Source of the DNA: an uncultured Deinococcales bacterium
GTDB lineage: Bacteria > Deinococcota > Deinococci > Deinococcales > JAAFIG01
Length of the DNA: 31,821 nucleotides
Assembly: GCA_964247135.1 (NCBI GenBank)
Contig: CAXTTL010000027.1
Location: 1 to 31,821, forward strand
Direction: 5' to 3'
Shown: one piece after another, positions 27,883 through 31,821 of the stretch
Numbering within the stretch: position 1 is the first letter of the stretch
Layout: the number at the start of each line of letters is the position of its first letter
Notes under the pieces: model-generated
Told to the model about the DNA's origin: nothing
What the model saw: only the letters and a program-made list of their open reading frames with translations
Database searches by the model: none
Program-made: the position numbers and the translations under genes

Positions 27883-27889
27883 TGTCATC

Positions 27890-28335
27890 ATGATTCCACC
27901 GTTCCAAACAAACGGTAACCTCCCACCAGGAATTCACGACGCCACTTGGACCCAAATCACCACACACTTCGGACACACCCCACACCGACTTCGACTGCTC
28001 GCAGGATTGCTCGACGCAGCCCAAGCCCTACACCAAGCAGGCAGTCAATGGATTCTGGTCAACGGCAGTTTTGTCACCAGCAAAATACAACCAAACGACA
28101 TTGACGCTTGCTACGACGACACCAACCTTGACTACATATTACTCGAACAACTCGAACCAAGCCTGGTGGACTTCAGCAACCGTCGCGCTGCACAAAAACC
28201 AGATTTCACTGCGAATTCTTCCCCGCCCGAGCCGTTGCCGACAGTGCAGGACGACAATTTCGAGATTTCTTTAGGCATGACCGCAACAACCAAGACAAAG
28301 GCATTGTAAGGTTGAACTTACCCATCGTCTTTTGA
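27890..28335 (+). pseudogene. DUF6932-like (nucleotidyltransferase-fold) gene with a single frameshift
   Basis: MIPPF..GNLPPGIH, NGSFVTSK.PNDIDACY; after the A5 run at 28194-28198 the -1 frame continues TRFHCEFFPA...FRDFFRHDRNNQDKGIVRLNL to TGA at 28333-28335, next to the RBS of the following gene. Confidence 0.75.
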
Positions 28336-28346
28336 AAGGAGCATTT

Positions 28347-28745
28347 ATGATCGAGAATGATTTACAACTGCGGGTCAGCAAAACCAGATTGGCAGAATTC
28401 AAAATAACACTTCAATCACTCGAGCAAGATGACTTAAGCTCAAAAGCAAAAACCATGCGTCGCAATGCGGTGCTCAGTGTGATTGCTGAACTCGAGGAAG
28501 ACATTCAAAGTTTTGAGCACTTACGCGGCAGCCAAGCTGAAATTTTGAATCTGAGCAATCTCGAGGAACTGCCGAATCAATTGATTCAAGCGCGGGTGGC
28601 TCGAGGGTTCACGCAAGCAGAACTGGCGGCAAAGTTGAAGATGAAACCTCAACAAATTCAACGTTACGAGGCAAGCAAGTACGCCAGCGCGAGTCTTGCC
28701 AGGGTGCTCGAGGTGGCAAGGGTTTTGCAAAACACAAGAAAGTAA
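28347..28745 (+). CDS. XRE/Cro-CI helix-turn-helix protein (antitoxin-like partner)
   Basis: AAGGAG RBS; MIENDLQL..., LIQARVARGFTQAELAAKLKMKPQQIQRYEA. Confidence 0.88.
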   Translation: MIENDLQLRVSKTRLAEFKITLQSLEQDDLSSKAKTMRRNAVLSVIAELEEDIQSFEHLRGSQAEILNLSNLEELPNQLIQARVARGFTQAELAAKLKMKPQQIQRYEASKYASASLARVLEVARVLQNTRK

Positions 28746-28811
28746 ACCTCGAGTCTTCAAAATCCCAGCAGCAACTCGAGAATGCTGTGAACCTCGAGTT
28801 GAAAGCATGAC
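28740..28811 (+). repeat. 72-bp imperfect direct repeat, copy B
   Basis: AAGTAAACCTCGAGTCTTCAAAATCCCAGCAGCAACTCGAGAATGCTGTGAACCTCGAGTTGAAAGCATGAC. Confidence 0.92.
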
Positions 28812-28932
28812 CGCCGTGGTTGGTGGTCAAAGCGTTTGAAGTTGGAATGCAAATTGTGATGGCATTGCAGAATAAACCACAAAAGAAATCTCGAGCGTGA
28901 AACAAAGTTTTGACTACGGATTATCCTAGAGA

Positions 28933-29487
28933 CTAATGTTCCCAAATAAGTATTCCTTCACCGTCAAATACTTCAAAGAGAATTTTTTGTGTTGCTTGAG
29001 CAATCTCTTGTAAGCAATCTGAGCTTATTTCAGATCCTAACTGTAAATTGATTGGGCTTCCTGTTTGGAATAAACCAATTACTAGCTGATAACTAATGGC
29101 AGCTTTTACAGAATCTTCAATTAATGCACGAGTAAAGTTGTCACCGTGAAAAATAGAATAAATATAAGTTTCATAAGTTAGATAACTTATATTATGTTTT
29201 TCTAACCATGGATCACCTTTTCTCGCGCTCGCATATTCAATTATAACGCAATTATTAATGTTCTCTTTTAGATAATTAGTAGCGATTTCAGTCGCTATTG
29301 AAACTGAACTGTGTCCTTTGTTAATACCAGAATGCAGGTTTGGGAAATTTATAGCTTCTGGTAATAAGTTAAAGCTTCCAGTTTCAATTTTGAATTTCGA
29401 GTATAAAGAGGATAACGGAAGTCCAGAAACAAGTTGTTTTCGAGCATAAGTTACTAAGTCAGTATGAGTGGGTTCAATTTGTTCCAT
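28933..29487 (-). CDS. Putative immunity protein
   Basis: Strongly AT-rich 184-aa ORF 11 nt downstream of the toxin-like ORF; AGAGG RBS; no CTCGAG site. Confidence 0.65.
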   Translation of the reverse strand: MEQIEPTHTDLVTYARKQLVSGLPLSSLYSKFKIETGSFNLLPEAINFPNLHSGINKGHSSVSIATEIATNYLKENINNCVIIEYASARKGDPWLEKHNISYLTYETYIYSIFHGDNFTRALIEDSVKAAISYQLVIGLFQTGSPINLQLGSEISSDCLQEIAQATQKILFEVFDGEGILIWEH

Positions 29488-29498
29488 TTAAACCTCTT

Positions 29499-30722
29499 TC
29501 ACTTTGGCTCTATTCTCCCATCAGGATAGATACGCCACCATTTTCCACTGGGGTCTTTCCAGTCATAGTGCCCTCCGACTGGATCAGGATGATCCATATC
29601 TGGACGCAAAGTTTCTCCCGTGGTCGGATTCACCCAATTTCCATCCTTGTCTCCTGGAACACTTCCAGGTCGCCCTTTCCAAACCCAATCGGGTCCTGGA
29701 CTAGTACCAGGGGTAGCAGGAATTGTTGGTGGTGTGGATTTTGGCTGTTCACTTTCCTTCTTCTCCATTTGATGAACAAGCCACTTACCAGATTCTATAA
29801 CCTGATCGAACAACGACACCACCGAACCAAATAACTCCGCACCCGCTTGTTGACCCGAACTCGAGCACAAAAAGATACACGTGACAATAGCAGCACCAGC
29901 AAGAGGAGCACCTTCCAAAGTATTGACTGATAATGCCCCTAAAGCAGCCGCATCCTGATTCGAGCCACCCGAGCTACCACCACCCTTTGGAGAATACTCG
30001 AGTTTAATCCCGCCTTTACCATCTCGAACAACTTTGCCATTCTCGAGCGCGACAATCAAGCCCCGAATTTCATTTTCGTGATACTTGTGATTGTCAATCT
30101 TTCCTTTTAAACCAGTCCAGTATTCCAAACGTTCTCGAGGTGTCAATTGATTATATGCTTGCGAGTTGTCCATTCGGTTCAAGTAATAATCGGCTTTTCG
30201 GTCACTTCCAAGTTCTTGTCGCATTGCCAGTTGTGCTCGAATACGTGAGGCTTCAAGTTCTGCTCGCTCTTTAGCCGCCCCAGTCGAATTGTTCGCTTGT
30301 TTTTCAAGATCAGTTGCCTTTGCATCTAAATCTTTATTGGTGTCACATTCATCCGAAGCAAGTGATTGAATACATTTTCCAGCAGCGTTGTAATATCCTT
30401 GTGGCGTGACGGTCACACCACTCCCACCCGCTTGAGGCGTAACCCCACTCGCCGTTCCAGGACTCGAGCCACTCGGTGGTGTCACCCCAGAACTTGTTGG
30501 CGTGCTCGAGGTTGGCGTGCTTGCATTTGGTGGTGTGACATTGCTGGCACTTCCAGGCAAACCAACTATCGGACTCGAGTTTGGTGCGGTCACACTGCTG
30601 GCGGTGCTAATGTTCGTGATGGCTGTTGGTGTGATTGAAACTGGGGCAGCAAGGGCGGTGTTGCTCGAGAAACCAGCGGCTGGCGTTGGGGTTTGGGTGT
30701 TGCTGCTCGAGGGTACTATCAC
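29499..30722 (-). CDS. Orphan polymorphic toxin C-terminal module with an Ntox37-like tip
   Basis: S/T/P-rich linker, helical region, hydrophobic segment, then PGPDWVWKG...GNWVNPTTGETLRPDMDHPDPVGGHYDW...WRIYPDG; no signal peptide; start uncertain (GTG at 30722 overlaps the upstream TGA; the ORF track gives 30779). Confidence 0.65.
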   Translation of the reverse strand: MIVPSSSNTQTPTPAAGFSSNTALAAPVSITPTAITNISTASSVTAPNSSPIVGLPGSASNVTPPNASTPTSSTPTSSGVTPPSGSSPGTASGVTPQAGGSGVTVTPQGYYNAAGKCIQSLASDECDTNKDLDAKATDLEKQANNSTGAAKERAELEASRIRAQLAMRQELGSDRKADYYLNRMDNSQAYNQLTPRERLEYWTGLKGKIDNHKYHENEIRGLIVALENGKVVRDGKGGIKLEYSPKGGGSSGGSNQDAAALGALSVNTLEGAPLAGAAIVTCIFLCSSSGQQAGAELFGSVVSLFDQVIESGKWLVHQMEKKESEQPKSTPPTIPATPGTSPGPDWVWKGRPGSVPGDKDGNWVNPTTGETLRPDMDHPDPVGGHYDWKDPSGKWWRIYPDGRIEPK

Positions 30723-30958
30723 GGCGTTGGTGCTTTCCCAATTTGCCACACACCAGTTTCCCCACCCGCCCAAAACCATTCGCCTTCCATCGGGCGTCGC
30801 TTGAGCGCAGCCCGAATCAGTTCAAGTTCAACCCGCGAGGCAAACCGAGTCTTGGAATGCCAAACCTCGAGATTGGCGTTTTGTCCAGCGCCACGCAAGA
30901 AACTGGCGGCGCGGTTGATTGCCAAATCAAAAATCGCAGCTCGAGCGGCGGAATTCAT
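30719..30958 (-). CDS. Small hypothetical protein translationally coupled to the NUDIX gene
   Basis: ATGA overlap with the NUDIX stop; 79 aa, WHSKTRFASRV...EWFWAGG...GKAP. Confidence 0.65.
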   Translation of the reverse strand: MNSAARAAIFDLAINRAASFLRGAGQNANLEVWHSKTRFASRVELELIRAALKRRPMEGEWFWAGGETGVWQIGKAPTP

Positions 30959-31404
30959 GACAGTTCTTGAAGCGCCAGTTTGCACCAAGCACGAACTTCA
31001 TTGCCCAGCGGCAACTTCTCGAGTTGAGCAGCATTGCACCAGACAAACGGTTTGTCCTCGCTGGCGATCAAACCTTCATACCCAGATTCTGGACGGGCAA
31101 AATAAATCAAATCAATGTGCTCATGCCCCGCACTAATCCCCTCGAGTTGGATTCCTCTGGGGCGGGTGAGTTGGCGTGGCAATTCACTTTCGGGTGTGTA
31201 CTTGAGCTGGTCTGAAGCGATCAATTGCACCTGAATTCCTGCTTCTTCGAGCACTTCGCGGGTTGCAGCGTGGTCAGGCAGTTCGTTGGTTTCGATGTGC
31301 CCACCTGGCGGCAACCACTTGCCAAGCTTGCGGTGTTCGTGCAACAACACTTGGGCTTGCCAGACCACAAAAACGGCAACCGTAAAATCCCGAGTCAGGC
31401 TCAT
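30955..31404 (-). CDS. NUDIX hydrolase
   Basis: WLPPGGHIETNELPDHAATREVLEEAG Nudix box; HEHIDLIY; TAAGCT -10 box 6 nt upstream. Confidence 0.93.
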   Translation of the reverse strand: MSLTRDFTVAVFVVWQAQVLLHEHRKLGKWLPPGGHIETNELPDHAATREVLEEAGIQVQLIASDQLKYTPESELPRQLTRPRGIQLEGISAGHEHIDLIYFARPESGYEGLIASEDKPFVWCNAAQLEKLPLGNEVRAWCKLALQELS

Positions 31405-31553
31405 GAACTCAGCTTAACGGATGAAATGCTCGAGATTGACAAAACCTTAAGACCTTGATTTTACGCGTAGGTCACAACATTGCTCGAGTTTTGTAGGTCT
31501 GTCGTGCTGGAATTGTTTTGCCTTTGACCGCCCGAATTGCTATGCTAACTCAC

Positions 31554-31821
31554 GTGAATTTTGTTGTGAACCGTAACTTTAAATCCGTTTGTGTCGCTTT
31601 ACTGACCATCGCCAGCCTTTTTTGCAGCGGCGCTTTCGCTCAGACGCGACCCGCCAAGCTGGTGACACGCCAATTGATCTGGCCACTCGACGGGGCGACC
31701 GTCTTCGTCAACGGCAATCAATTCACCTCGGCATATCCGCAACGCACCGTGGACTCTCGAGCTTTGCTGCCTTTACGCGAACTCTCGAAGTTGCTGTCCA
31801 TTGGGCTTGAGCCTATCGCCG
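31554..31821 (+). CDS. Partial secreted protein with a copper-amine-oxidase N-terminal (stalk)-like domain; runs off the window
   Basis: Not in the ORF track; GTG at 31554 after TGcTATGCT; my translation is MNFVVNRNFKSVCVALLTIASLFCSGAFA-QTRP...VFVNG...RALLPLRELSKLL, open to the window end. Confidence 0.65.
   Translation, partial: MNFVVNRNFKSVCVALLTIASLFCSGAFAQTRPAKLVTRQLIWPLDGATVFVNGNQFTSAYPQRTVDSRALLPLRELSKLLSIGLEPIA

Larger units (their letters stand above)
31..31761. repeat. Highly iterated palindrome CTCGAG dispersed through the window
   Basis: About 220 occurrences by hand count, in coding and intergenic DNA. Confidence 0.95.

Noticed and set aside
27773-27889. N-terminal extension of the DUF6932 ORF
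   Set aside because: It spans the repeat and a consensus promoter; family-like sequence starts at ATG 27890
27715-28811. CRISPR array or integron attC interpretation of the repeats
   Set aside because: Only two copies about 1 kb apart; no regular spacers, cas genes, integrase, or RYYYAAC...GTTRRRY boxes seen
30723-30779. ATG at 30779 as the toxin start
   Set aside because: It lies inside the upstream 79-aa gene in another frame; a GTG at 30722 or a truncated gene is more parsimonious
1-31821. CTCGAG abundance as an XhoI cloning or concatemer artefact
   Set aside because: The sites lie in frame inside intact conserved genes such as purA and GH20 without breaking their motifs

Overview
Bacterial chromosomal segment of roughly 50-55% GC, most consistent with phylum Deinococcota (inferred from frequent leaderless genes with a TAnnnT -10 box 5-7 nt before the start codon, and from gene content). 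It carries about 30 CDS. These include two tandem S41/PDZ proteases, a TetR regulator with a divergent membrane protein, a YpfJ-like metallopeptidase, a GH20 hexosaminidase, a dictomallein-like M66 lipoprotein, purA, an SDR, an HzsA-like heme-c lipoprotein, an acetamidase with an ATPase-less peptide ABC operon, a BTAD/AAA/TPR regulator, a C39-like peptidase, a frameshifted DUF6932 gene with an HTH partner, an orphan polymorphic toxin with its immunity gene, and a NUDIX hydrolase. No rRNA, tRNA, CRISPR array, integrase or transposase was seen. The most striking signal is the palindrome CTCGAG, which occurs about 220 times by hand count (about 1 per 145 bp, versus about 8 expected) and in all three reading frames. 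It sits exactly at the junctions of duplications that flank apparently acquired cassettes and directly behind several stop codons, and it is absent from the most foreign-looking genes. I infer a HIP1-like highly iterated palindrome system in a non-cyanobacterial lineage that may act as a recombination or gene-capture site.
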